IMG/VR virus record: IMGVR_UViG_3300025296_000034
Span: 1-42,022 of that record
Length of the DNA stretch: 42,022 nucleotides
Reading direction: 5' to 3' (one strand)
Source of the DNA: a virus
Taxonomy: Duplodnaviria; Caudoviricetes
Shown: piece by piece, positions 8,922 through 17,052 of the stretch
How positions within the stretch are numbered: position 1 is the first letter of the stretch
Layout: every line of letters begins with the position of its first letter
Notes under the pieces: generated by a model
The model's input: only the letters and a program-made list of their open reading frames with translations
Database searches by the model: none
Told to the model about the DNA's origin: nothing
Made by a program: the position numbers and the translations under genes

Positions 8922-9452
8922 ATGGAAGCGTTTGGCGGACAGGAGCTCGCGGGGCTGGCAGCCCTGCTGTTTGTTTTTGTGGGCCTGTGGGGTTGCGGCA
9001 CAACGTCGAGCTTTCTCGACGCTGCGCTGCCCGACCGCTACGGGCTGGGCTCGTCGTTTACTTCTGGTGGTTATAGTGGGCGTCAGATTGGTCAGACGGG
9101 AGCGGATACGATTCGAGAAACGGGCAAGTACGAGCTAGACAGCATCGTCACTTGGCTCGAATGGGATATTCCCTCGGTGGGGGCTGACCCCGTTTCCGTG
9201 CGCGGCGTGCGCGAGCGCGTTGTGCAGGACTACCGCGATTGGCGGGAGCCCGAGCCTGAGAAGGAGTCGCTCCTGTCCGTCACGCGCCACACCTCGGTCG
9301 ACGAGGCGACTGGTGCGGTCAGCGAGTCGTGGTCGTTTGGTGCAGCCGAGGCGCTGAGTAGCGCGCTGATTGGGCTACTCAGCTTCCTCGGCTTCAGGCT
9401 CGCGCGGTCGCGGTTCACCGGATCGTCGGCAGTTGCCGAAGACGACGGCTAG
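8922..9452 (+). CDS. Putative lipoprotein with C-terminal TM helix
   Basis: GAGG RBS; hydrophobic leader ending LWGC; C-terminal hydrophobic ALIGLLSFLGF. Confidence 0.6.
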   Translation: MEAFGGQELAGLAALLFVFVGLWGCGTTSSFLDAALPDRYGLGSSFTSGGYSGRQIGQTGADTIRETGKYELDSIVTWLEWDIPSVGADPVSVRGVRERVVQDYRDWREPEPEKESLLSVTRHTSVDEATGAVSESWSFGAAEALSSALIGLLSFLGFRLARSRFTGSSAVAEDDG

Positions 9453-9895
9453 CCCTCCTCGATTGGACCGACCGTGATGTACGCGCCGCACCGCGTGGCG
9501 TCATCCGAGTAGGTCTTCTCGCCAGAGATCTCGACGACCTGTGCGTCATTCGCGAACAGCGGTCCCTCGAGGGCGTCGAGCACAGCTCGCAACAGCTTGT
9601 CAACGTCGGGAGACTTCGCTCGGTGCGTCGGGACGCCGTCCTTGAGCGCGCCGCTCGCACGGTAGTGAGACTTGGGTCGTGGCATGGCGAAGCGCACGTC
9701 AACTCGCAGCGCGCCTGTGAGCGCGCGTGGTGCGTGCTCCTGCGCGACGGCGTGCAGGGCGGTCATCCAGTCGCGCAGGTTCTCTCCCGCCGACTCGACC
9801 ATGACTGGCCGCGTCCCGCCCTTGGGGATGAAGGCTCTCTTCGATCCCTTCGGGCGGGGCACGCCGAACACGGCGAAGCTGACCGCGCCGGTCAC
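9449..9895 (-). CDS. rusA: RusA-family Holliday junction resolvase
   Basis: GVPRPKGSKR, FAMPRPKSH, PDVDKLLRAVLDAL and DAQV motifs; GTG start at 9895 overlaps the upstream stop. Confidence 0.9.
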   Translation of the reverse strand: MTGAVSFAVFGVPRPKGSKRAFIPKGGTRPVMVESAGENLRDWMTALHAVAQEHAPRALTGALRVDVRFAMPRPKSHYRASGALKDGVPTHRAKSPDVDKLLRAVLDALEGPLFANDAQVVEISGEKTYSDDATRCGAYITVGPIEEG

Positions 9896-10011
9896 AGCAC
9901 CAGAAGAGCGATGAGTGTGAGCCAGAACAGCAGGCAGCACCCGCACGCGATGGGACAACCGGGGTAGCGCAACCCCTCCCTGGTCAGGTTGAGGTCGCGC
10001 GGGTCGCTCAT
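9892..10011 (-). CDS. 39-aa Cys-rich membrane peptide
   Basis: MSDPRDLNLTREGLRYPGCPIACGCCLLFWLTLIALLVL; ATGA and GTGA overlaps with recT and rusA. Confidence 0.5.
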   Translation of the reverse strand: MSDPRDLNLTREGLRYPGCPIACGCCLLFWLTLIALLVL

Positions 10012-10703
10012 TCCGCCGGTCGAGGCGCGATAGCCTCCACCTCTCTCACGGTGTTGAGCGGAGAGCTGTAGTCCTGCAACTCCTCGCGAACCGCGAGCCC
10101 CCCCAGGCAGTCCGCGAAGAGGTCGCGCATCGCCCAGGCCATCGAGCGCACCCGCAGCATCCGCATGGGGTACTCGGTCCATGGACCCTTCTTGCCCCAG
10201 AGCCTCGCCCGCTTGGCGTCAGCGACTGAGAATCGTCTGGTCACGGACGCGCCACCTGTGCGCGACAGGCTGGTCGCCGCCGTCAGGCTGTCGGGGAAGG
10301 CCCCGGCGGGCGGGTCTTCAAAAGCCTCGCCGTCAACCTCCCAGCACTCGGTCCAGCCCTCGACCTTCCCGCTGGCCTCGACGAGCCCCTTAGCCCCCTC
10401 ACCCCAGATCGCTGCGCGTCCGTTGATCACGGCGATGTAGTTTAGGGACTGCATGGGCTTGAGCCCAACCTCCGCGCCAGCCTGCAACGCGATGACAATT
10501 TGGCCGCGAGTCCGCAGCCCCTTGGGCGCGAGCCCCTCCGACAGGATCAACTGCGCAAACTGCAAGAGGTCGGTCGTGTTGTTGAGGGCCAGACCATGCT
10601 CGGTAAACTCGAGCACGGGCTTGGTGTTGTCAGACGAGGGAACGGCCAGGGTTTCCTCGATGGGGGGCGGGTCGGGTTGCCCGCCGTCGTCGCTAGCTCT
10701 CAT
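10008..10703 (-). CDS. recT: RecT/Redbeta-like single-strand annealing protein
   Basis: GAEVGLKPMQSL..IAVINGR..WG, PWTEYPMRML..RDLFAD.LGGL..EE; in an operon with a RecE-like exonuclease. Confidence 0.8.
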   Translation of the reverse strand: MRASDDGGQPDPPPIEETLAVPSSDNTKPVLEFTEHGLALNNTTDLLQFAQLILSEGLAPKGLRTRGQIVIALQAGAEVGLKPMQSLNYIAVINGRAAIWGEGAKGLVEASGKVEGWTECWEVDGEAFEDPPAGAFPDSLTAATSLSRTGGASVTRRFSVADAKRARLWGKKGPWTEYPMRMLRVRSMAWAMRDLFADCLGGLAVREELQDYSSPLNTVREVEAIAPRPAE

Positions 10704-10953
10704 GCGCTACCTCCTTTGTCGCCGCCGCGAGGGCCTCCAGGCGGTGGAGTACTTCCCCCGCCTGCGCCTCGATGGCGCGCAGGGTTGCGATGATATCGTC
10801 CGAGTACAGGGTGTACCCGTTTTCCTCTGGGTCGCTGTAAGTTGGGCTGGACTTCACGGCCAGCTCGAGCCAGCCGTGCGGCGTTCCGCTGCTGGCTGAG
10901 AACAGGTCGCCTGTCACCTTCACGCGGGTGACGTTGTGTTGGCTAAACTCCAT
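10693..10953 (-). CDS. Hypothetical protein
   Basis: ATG at 10953 (or 10959) after GAGGA; fills the gap between exonuclease and recT with overlaps. Confidence 0.6.
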   Translation of the reverse strand: MEFSQHNVTRVKVTGDLFSASSGTPHGWLELAVKSSPTYSDPEENGYTLYSDDIIATLRAIEAQAGEVLHRLEALAAATKEVAHES

Positions 10954-11842
10954 CGGCATAGTCCTCGGGGTACTGGAATTCGTCGTAGTACATAGGCAGC
11001 TCGCCGCTGTGGACGTGCGTCGAGTAGTCGGGGAAGTTGCCGGTGTCCTGGCACCAGCGGACAACCTCGAGCATGCGGTCAAGCTCGCGGTTGGCTAGCT
11101 CTCGCGTAGAGCCGCCAAGCTCGAAGACTGCCGCGTGGTGAGGCGGGGTCGGCTCGAACGCCACGAAGGCGAAGGCGTAGCCGTCACCGAAGATGGGGTC
11201 GGGCGTGACGCCTCGAATCGTTTGCACCCCTCGCGTGTAGAAGGCGTCCTGGATGTGCAGGCGCATCTTCGGCACGGTCGAGTTGAAGAAGGTGGCCGGG
11301 CGCACAGAGTGCGTGCGCTTCAGGTCGACGATGGTCATGCCGCCGGTCATGTTGTCGAAGAGCCGGTCGAGCCGCGCCTTGCACCGCACGCCGTGGGCAA
11401 CGTCGTCCCAGACCACGGTGACCTCGCTGTCCTCGCGCTCGCCCTCGAGCAGAACGCGCGCCGCCTCGCAGCGGTGTACCGCGTTGGCAATCCCTAGCGA
11501 CTCGTCGCGCACACTTCCTTCGATGACCTCGAGCCCTTCATGCTCGGCAAGCCACTCGGCTTTCGCTTCGCGGCCTCCATCGTAGCCCTTCTCCACGGCG
11601 TTCTCGTCCTTCATGCCGCCGTGAAAGCGCGGCATCACCGCGACGGTGCTCTCGAATCGCTCAGGCTCGAGAACCGCCATGTGCGTGTACGTCCCGCCCT
11701 TCATGGCGAGCGTCTCCTCCCTCTCCTCCGCGTGCTTGAACGCCGCCGGGGAGTGGAAAAGGCGTAGGAGCTGGGAGCGAGACACCGCGTCGATGGCGAG
11801 GTACTCGTCCCAGCTCAGGTTGGGGAAGATTCCAGGGTTCAA
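10943..11842 (-). CDS. RecE/exonuclease VIII-like PD-(D/E)XK nuclease (DUF3799-like)
   Basis: SRSQL, GTYTHMAVLEP, CKARLD, IVDLKRT and Q.AFY motifs. Confidence 0.88.
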   Translation of the reverse strand: MNPGIFPNLSWDEYLAIDAVSRSQLLRLFHSPAAFKHAEEREETLAMKGGTYTHMAVLEPERFESTVAVMPRFHGGMKDENAVEKGYDGGREAKAEWLAEHEGLEVIEGSVRDESLGIANAVHRCEAARVLLEGEREDSEVTVVWDDVAHGVRCKARLDRLFDNMTGGMTIVDLKRTHSVRPATFFNSTVPKMRLHIQDAFYTRGVQTIRGVTPDPIFGDGYAFAFVAFEPTPPHHAAVFELGGSTRELANRELDRMLEVVRWCQDTGNFPDYSTHVHSGELPMYYDEFQYPEDYADGV

Positions 11843-12177
11843 CGCTTCGCCCTCTTGCAGGTAGGCTGGTGTTTGGCGAGCCCCTGGGGTGCGAACTTCC
11901 TACCGCAGCCGGGACAGCGTTGGTTCTTCGTGTAGGTGCGCCCCTTCAGCGGCGAGTCTCCGTTGTTGCGGTGTCCGCGAACGGCGTGGCCGGGGGCGGG
12001 CTCGACGTTAGCGGGGGAGATGATGCTGGCGTAAGCGTGCAGGTGCTGGCGAAGCTCGGCCTCGAACAGGTCGAGGGCTCGTCGCAGCACGACGTACTGC
12101 GGCACGCCTACCGCTTCGGCTGTTGTGCGCAGTCGCGCGTCTTCCTTGCTGGATGCGTGTTTCGTTGCCTTGGTCAT
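11839..12177 (-). CDS. Putative DNA-binding protein (ribbon-helix-helix-like plus C2HC zinc finger)
   Basis: ATG 12177 overlaps the upstream TGA; AEAVGVPQYVVLRRALDLF; CPGCGRKF..LAKHQPTC. Confidence 0.6.
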   Translation of the reverse strand: MTKATKHASSKEDARLRTTAEAVGVPQYVVLRRALDLFEAELRQHLHAYASIISPANVEPAPGHAVRGHRNNGDSPLKGRTYTKNQRCPGCGRKFAPQGLAKHQPTCKRAKR

Positions 12178-12320
12178 CGGGGGCTCCGTTGTCGTGGTTT
12201 GTTCCAGTACGGCGACTGACATTTAGGGCAGCGCACGGGGCGATGAGCCACGCGGCCAACCCAACGGTGGCCGCACCGTTTGCAGGTGTGGCTCCGCCGT
12301 CGTCTTCTTGTTGTTGTCAT
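12174..12320 (-). CDS. Small basic zinc-ribbon protein
   Basis: CKRCGHRW..PVRCPKCQSPYWN; ATG at 12320. Confidence 0.75.
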   Translation of the reverse strand: MTTTRRRRRSHTCKRCGHRWVGRVAHRPVRCPKCQSPYWNKPRQRSPR

Positions 12321-12551
12321 GCCCCTACCACTACCAACTAGGGGCAGATGGGTCAAGGCCCGACCGGGGAGCAATCTGGCCGAGCCCTGACCCTGGTCGA
12401 CACCGTGCCGACCTGTGTGCGGTCGGGGGCTGGAAGGTGGGGCGAACGGGCCGGCCCCCCCTCGCCGTCGCGTTGGTGAGCCCGCTCGCCCCTCGGTTTG
12501 AAACCGATGACCCCCTCAGGGTAGGCGGACCAGAAATAGCCGTCAAGGCCC

Positions 12552-12580
12552 TTGCCCGTCACCGTGACGGGGCTCATTAT
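12552..12580 (+). promoter_or_regulatory. Sigma70-type promoter TTGCCC-N17-CATTAT overlapped by the palindromic operator CCCGTCAC-C-GTGACGGG (12555-12571)
   Basis: Canonical 17-nt spacing; initiator ATG lies 6 nt after the -10 box (leaderless geometry). Confidence 0.6.
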
Positions 12581-12586
12581 AGGTCC

Positions 12587-13354
12587 ATGACATTCGTGAA
12601 GCTGTATGCCACCATCCTCCGCTCGTCCATCTGGCTGGAGTCCCAGCCCACCCGCCTTGTTTGGATCGCCATGCTCGCCATGGCAGACGAGGCCGGGGTG
12701 GTCGAAGCCTCGGTCGGCGGGCTGGCCCACACCGCCAACGTCCCCCTCGATGACTGCCGTGAGGCGCTCAGGGTTCTCCTGTCGCCCGACCCAGACAGCC
12801 GCGACGGCACGACCGGCGAGCGCATCGAGAAGGTCGACGGCGGGTGGCTGGTGCTGAACCACGCCGTCTACCGGGACAAGCGCACAAGGCGGCAGATCCA
12901 GACCGCCGAGCGCACACGCCGCTGGCGAGAACGCACCCGCGTCACGGGTGACGATGTGACGTTGGGTGATGTCACGTCACACCCTGTACGCACAGATGCA
13001 GAGGCATATACAGATACAGAGAAGAAGAAGACCCCCCCTAACCCCCCCGCCAAGCGGAGGGGGAAGAGGGTGGAGGATCTTCCCATCCCCGACCCGCTGG
13101 ACACCGAGGGCTTCCGCACCATGTGGGCAGAGTGGATCGAGCACCGCAGGTTGATCAAGTCGCCCATGACGGCCCTGGCTGGCAAGCGCGTGCTCGCCAA
13201 GTGCGAGTCCATCGGGGAGGCAGAGGCCCGGCGCTGGATGGACAACGCCATCGAGAAGGGCTGGCGCGGGCTATACCCGCCGGGCGATGACGAGCAGGGC
13301 AGCGGCACTACCGCCGATGCCGACGAGGCCATCAAGGCCATGCTGGAGGATTGA
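12587..13354 (+). CDS. Phage replication initiator / replisome organiser (lambda O-like architecture)
   Basis: MTFVKLYATILRSSIW..RLVWIAMLAMAD N-domain; AERTRRWRER; TDAEAYTDTEKKK linker; C-terminal WAEWIEHR..AIEKGWRGL. Confidence 0.8.
   Translation: MTFVKLYATILRSSIWLESQPTRLVWIAMLAMADEAGVVEASVGGLAHTANVPLDDCREALRVLLSPDPDSRDGTTGERIEKVDGGWLVLNHAVYRDKRTRRQIQTAERTRRWRERTRVTGDDVTLGDVTSHPVRTDAEAYTDTEKKKTPPNPPAKRRGKRVEDLPIPDPLDTEGFRTMWAEWIEHRRLIKSPMTALAGKRVLAKCESIGEAEARRWMDNAIEKGWRGLYPPGDDEQGSGTTADADEAIKAMLED
12940..12980. repeat. Cluster of GTCAC/GTGAC pentamers inside the initiator gene (candidate origin iterons)
   Basis: cGTCACggGTGACgatGTGACgttgggtgatGTCACGTCAC lies in the linker region, where lambdoid origins sit. 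Confidence 0.45.
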
Positions 13355-13357
13355 CAC

Positions 13358-13747
13358 ATGCTTGCAAACGCCCAAGAGGCCCCCGACCGCACCTGGATTG
13401 ACGCCCACGTTCAGCTCTCCCTGGAGGGCTGGATCCAGGCGCTCAAGGAGACGTGGCCCGCCAAGTCCGTGGCTGGATCCCACATGGGCCGCGCCGAGCG
13501 CGCCGACTCGATCCGCACGGTGCTCGGCTGGAAGCGCCCGGCCTGGATTGCGTACCGCAGGCTGGTCGAGGAGTACGACGGAATCTGGGGCCGCACCAGC
13601 GAGGAGGCGGCTCGGCGCGAGCGAGCGGCGCAGAAGTTCATCGACACCCTACCGCTGCGTGAGGGGGGCTACCGCGAGGGCTGGAACCTAGGTCTGCACC
13701 TGCGCGCCTTGCGCTGGGCCGGGACCAAGCCCGTCAGCGCCGCCTGA
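13358..13747 (+). CDS. Hypothetical protein downstream of the initiator
   Basis: GGAGG RBS; 129 aa ORF; no recognised motif. Confidence 0.65.
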   Translation: MLANAQEAPDRTWIDAHVQLSLEGWIQALKETWPAKSVAGSHMGRAERADSIRTVLGWKRPAWIAYRRLVEEYDGIWGRTSEEAARRERAAQKFIDTLPLREGGYREGWNLGLHLRALRWAGTKPVSAA

Positions 13748-13840
13748 GCGCCACCAGGGCACGCGGGCCGCACAGGGCGACCCACGGGGCCTCGAGAGCC
13801 AAAGTCCAGCAGGGAGGCTTACAGCCCCGCTCAGGCGGAG

Positions 13841-13897
13841 GGAGCCCCCTACCGGAGCCCTACCGGATTAGGGCCGGATCAGGGCCGGATCAGGGCC
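13841..13897. repeat. 11-bp-period tandem repeat (CCGGAKYMSSD-like units)
   Basis: CCGGA at 13852, 13863, 13874 and 13885; units ccggagcccta / ccggattaggg / ccggatcaggg / ccggatcaggg. Confidence 0.8.
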
Positions 13898-13900
13898 AAG

Positions 13901-13939
13901 AAAAAAGCCCTCGCCAGCAGAGGAGGTGCTGGCGAGGGC
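13901..13939 (-). terminator. Rho-independent terminator of the leftward operon
   Basis: Perfect 13-bp stem GCCCTCGCCAGCA / TGCTGGCGAGGGC, 7-nt loop, then T6 on the minus strand, just after the XRE gene stop. Confidence 0.9.
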
Positions 13940-13963
13940 CAAGGGGGGCTCGACCGTGAACCC

Positions 13964-14305
13964 CTACCCGCGCGGAATCCAGGTTAGCTCGTAGTCCATG
14001 CGCAGGCAACCCTTCGGCACGCGCAGGGCGTGCTCGAGCATGTCGGCCTGCAGTCGGGTCGGGCGCGTGTCCCCACGCTCGTACCGAGCCAGGGTTCCCA
14101 GGTTCAGGTCTTGCCCGTACTCGGCCCGCATGCGCTCGGCTAACTGCTCGAGGCTCAGGTCCGCACCAGCCACACGCGCCGCACGCATCGACCGCCCGCT
14201 GAAGTCATCGTCACGGGTGACGTTGGCGGTCAGCTCGCGAGCGGTGGCGCGCAGCGACTCACGGATCTCGTCGTCCGACATCCGCGCCGTCATGGTCTTA
14301 GTCAT
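13964..14305 (-). CDS. XRE-family helix-turn-helix regulator
   Basis: MRAARVAGADLSLEQLAERM..TLARYERGDTRP..LEHALRV. Confidence 0.85.
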   Translation of the reverse strand: MTKTMTARMSDDEIRESLRATARELTANVTRDDDFSGRSMRAARVAGADLSLEQLAERMRAEYGQDLNLGTLARYERGDTRPTRLQADMLEHALRVPKGCLRMDYELTWIPRG

Positions 14306-14537
14306 CGCCTCCCTCCTCCGTCTGGCCGAGCCCGTACTTAGCCTCGAGCCCTTCGATCCCAGTCTTCACGACCAGCCGGTCGACCGCGCGCACGTTGAGC
14401 ACGGCCCACGCCAGGGCGTCGTCTTCCTCGATGGACGAGTAGATTTTGGAGATGCGTACCTGCTGCGGTTCGGTCAGCGGGACGCGGCGGATCTTCTTCG
14501 CGCTGTCGTCTGCGAAATTGTCTTCTTGCTCGCTCAT
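14298..14537 (-). CDS. Hypothetical protein
   Basis: AAGGAG RBS; ATGA overlap with the upstream peptide gene. Confidence 0.65.
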   Translation of the reverse strand: MSEQEDNFADDSAKKIRRVPLTEPQQVRISKIYSSIEEDDALAWAVLNVRAVDRLVVKTGIEGLEAKYGLGQTEEGGDD

Positions 14538-14668
14538 AGCCACTCCTTGGGGTTGTGGTGGGTGCCGCCACTCGGCGGCTCGTTGATGTCCTCGATCCAG
14601 GCTGCAGCGTTCAAAAGAATGAGCGCCGCGAAGCCTACGGCGAGGAGGATGGTGATGGCTGTGGTCAT
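14534..14668 (-). CDS. 44-aa single-TM peptide (not in ORF track)
   Basis: MTTAITILLAVGFAALILLNAAAWIEDINEPPSGGTHHNPKEWL; AGGAG RBS; ATGA overlaps at both ends. Confidence 0.65.
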   Translation of the reverse strand: MTTAITILLAVGFAALILLNAAAWIEDINEPPSGGTHHNPKEWL

Positions 14669-15729
14669 AGCGTGGTAGTCTCCTGGGGTTGGCCCGCCTC
14701 GCTAACGCTAGGCAGGTGCGTGATTACTTCATAGTGCTCGCCGCCGTGGGTGGCCTTCCTAGGCCCAACCCAAGACTCGCGGACCAGCACACGCTGGCCT
14801 CGCTTCAGTCGAAAGCGAGGGCTGTCCAGCCGCCGCCAATGTGCGCGCCGACGATGCGGCGCTCGCCCGATGTGGTCGCCCCCCTCGTTGGGGATGCGCA
14901 GGACTCGGTCAAGGCTGCGATCAGGCACGACGATGTAGCGCGAACGCTTCTCTCGCCGCTTCTTGCCGCCGCGCTTTACCACGCGGGCATGCTCGTCAAT
15001 AACGCGCACGACCCAGTTGGCGGGAGAGTTGGCCGTCTCGAGCAGGATCAGCCCGCGCAAGGCAACCTCCACCGCCGCTTCCGTGAAGTTGCGCCCAGGA
15101 CCGCCGCCCGCAGGGCTGTCAGGCTCTACGAAACTCATAACGGGGCCGTGGACGCTCTCCTCCCAGAATGTCCCCGGCGTACACTTACCCGTGGAGGGGG
15201 AGAACCACCCATGCGAGAGCATGCGGTGTTCAAGGTGTATCTGGGGTTCCCCGGCAGACCCCGCCCCGGCGAACAGGCTGTCGGAGTTGGTGGCCGCGCT
15301 CAGGGGGCTGACGCCACGCAGGAGAAGCGTGGTGAGGGTCACGTCGCGGTGGTTCTCGTTCCGGATGACCAGAAGAACGGGCCACTCCACCTCGCCTCGC
15401 CCCAGCCCGAGCTCATGCCCGACCGGGCGCTGCACAATGACGAGCGACGCCCCACGCGGATCGCCCTCCTTCGCGTCCCATGTGCCCGGCACCGAGAACT
15501 CGGCAGCGCAGAGCGGGAAGGGGAGAAAGAAGGTGTCGGGCGACAGCCGCTCTACGGGGCCAAGGGTGGGCTCGTCCCGCCCGCCCGTAAAGTCGAAGAC
15601 GCTGGCGGTGGCGGCGATCTGGCCTATCGGCGGCATCAGCCCGTCGATCCAGTCGCGCGCACGCCCGGCGTCATCGCACCGCGCATCCATCCTGTCGACG
15701 AGCTTCGCGAAGGTCGACCAGAGGCTCAC
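14665..15729 (-). CDS. Phage protein with C-terminal PHxRRxHWR..WVGP motif, function unknown
   Basis: RAPHRRRAHWRRL..VLVRESWVGP; GGAGG RBS; GTGA overlap. Confidence 0.75.
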   Translation of the reverse strand: MSLWSTFAKLVDRMDARCDDAGRARDWIDGLMPPIGQIAATASVFDFTGGRDEPTLGPVERLSPDTFFLPFPLCAAEFSVPGTWDAKEGDPRGASLVIVQRPVGHELGLGRGEVEWPVLLVIRNENHRDVTLTTLLLRGVSPLSAATNSDSLFAGAGSAGEPQIHLEHRMLSHGWFSPSTGKCTPGTFWEESVHGPVMSFVEPDSPAGGGPGRNFTEAAVEVALRGLILLETANSPANWVVRVIDEHARVVKRGGKKRREKRSRYIVVPDRSLDRVLRIPNEGGDHIGRAPHRRRAHWRRLDSPRFRLKRGQRVLVRESWVGPRKATHGGEHYEVITHLPSVSEAGQPQETTTL

Positions 15730-16190
15730 GGCTGCACCTCCTTCTTGGAGTAGTAGCCATAGACGCAGCGGGTGCCGTCGCGGCTGGGGTCATGGATGTC
15801 GTGAATGACTCCGTCCACGACAGCGCACAGGTGCTTCGACAGGCGCGCAATCAAGCGACCCGAGGGAAGCTCGTCGGCGCGTAGGTGAACCTTGCACCCT
15901 TGCCCAATCTTCATGGTGGGTGTCCACGTCCATCCCTGGTCAAGGAGCCACTGGTGGTACACCTCCTTGTGAACGCCGCCCGTCACGCTGCTGCGACCGC
16001 TCAGTCGCTTCCGCTTGCCCGCCGCCGCCTTCCTGTTTAGTTCGGTGCATCGCGGGCGAAGGGCGTCCGCCACATCCTCGTAGCGGATCTGCCCGGCGAT
16101 GGCGATTGCGCGCACAACGCAATCACCTTTGCCTTTGATTGACTCCGGCTTTCCGCCGTCATCGAAGACCCAGGCGTTGAGGAGTTTCAC
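15726..16190 (-). CDS. Putative papain-like cysteine peptidase-fold protein
   Basis: GDCVVRAIAIA..KHLCAVVDGVIHD gives a Cys-His-Asp arrangement; AAGGAGG RBS. Confidence 0.6.
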   Translation of the reverse strand: MKLLNAWVFDDGGKPESIKGKGDCVVRAIAIAGQIRYEDVADALRPRCTELNRKAAAGKRKRLSGRSSVTGGVHKEVYHQWLLDQGWTWTPTMKIGQGCKVHLRADELPSGRLIARLSKHLCAVVDGVIHDIHDPSRDGTRCVYGYYSKKEVQP

Positions 16191-16933
16191 GGCGTCACCT
16201 CCTTGGCGAGGGCATCCACGCGCCGCTTCGCGCCAGCGACAGCGGCCTCGCTCGGCAGCGACACCAACTCCGTGGTGCCCTCATCCCAACTCATCTCGAC
16301 GCCAACGTCGCTGTTCTCGAGGAACTCCTCGAGGCTCTGCGGCGGGAGGAAGACGCGGACGGACGCCTCGTTCTCCTCGTAGGTGTTGCCCCCGTCCACG
16401 ATGTCGGCGTGCGCGCCACCGAGTATGAGGGCGGCGTCCATCGCCTCCTCCAGATCGCTGCGCGTGCGCCCGGTAAGAAACTGGCCCGTTTCGTCGTAGT
16501 CCCAGAACTGGCCTACGCGGAGGTCGATGGGGACCATCTCGACAGGAATCTCCCGAGCTGGGAAGCCGAGAGAGAGTGCAGTCTCCCGCGTCAAGATCAG
16601 CCGCGTCTCGCGGTGGGCGGTGCCGAAGCTGTCAACCTCGAAGCCCACGACGCTCTCGACAACGACGAGTGGGCCGTGCTCGCCGTCGAGGGCGACGGTC
16701 GCGGCAGGCCCCACGTCTGTGGGCGAAGGACCAAAGTAGCTCTCTGCGTCAGCTCGCAGGATCCAGGTCCAGCGCAGCGGGCCTTCGCCGTCAGGTGGCG
16801 TGATGCTTTTCACAACGTGCGACGCGCCAGCATCGGTCAGCGTGACGGTCACCGCCCCGGCGGGCGAGACGGCAAGGAACCGCAGCTTGTACGGCAAGCG
16901 CGCGGCGGGTATGTCGAAGATTATGGATGTCAT
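16187..16933 (-). CDS. Hypothetical acidic protein
   Basis: ATG 16933 after AGGA; GTGA overlap with the next gene. Confidence 0.7.
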   Translation of the reverse strand: MTSIIFDIPAARLPYKLRFLAVSPAGAVTVTLTDAGASHVVKSITPPDGEGPLRWTWILRADAESYFGPSPTDVGPAATVALDGEHGPLVVVESVVGFEVDSFGTAHRETRLILTRETALSLGFPAREIPVEMVPIDLRVGQFWDYDETGQFLTGRTRSDLEEAMDAALILGGAHADIVDGGNTYEENEASVRVFLPPQSLEEFLENSDVGVEMSWDEGTTELVSLPSEAAVAGAKRRVDALAKEVTP

Positions 16934-16974
16934 CGGGTTTCCTAGTAGGGGGCTACGGTCAGGCCCACGCTGGC

Positions 16975-17052
16975 TGCGTGTCATTCGAGCGTGACCGGGC
17001 TGCGTGTCATTCGAGCGTGACCGCCGGCGTGGATGCGTGTCATTCGAGCGTG
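16975..17052. repeat. Three exact copies of a 19-bp repeat TGCGTGTCATTCGAGCGTG
   Basis: Copies at 16975-16993, 17001-17019 and 17034-17052; the last contains the methyltransferase stop codon. Confidence 0.95.

Noticed and set aside
12308-12586. N-terminal extensions in the ORF track (initiator from 12308, terL from 23107, sigma from 8207, paralog 2 from 30967)
   Set aside because: Homology-like sequence, RBS and stop/start overlaps support later starts at 12587, 23311, 8351 and 31279
16975-17052. Mini-CRISPR array
   Set aside because: Repeats are 19 bp, gaps are only 7 and 14 nt and resemble each other; no cas genes
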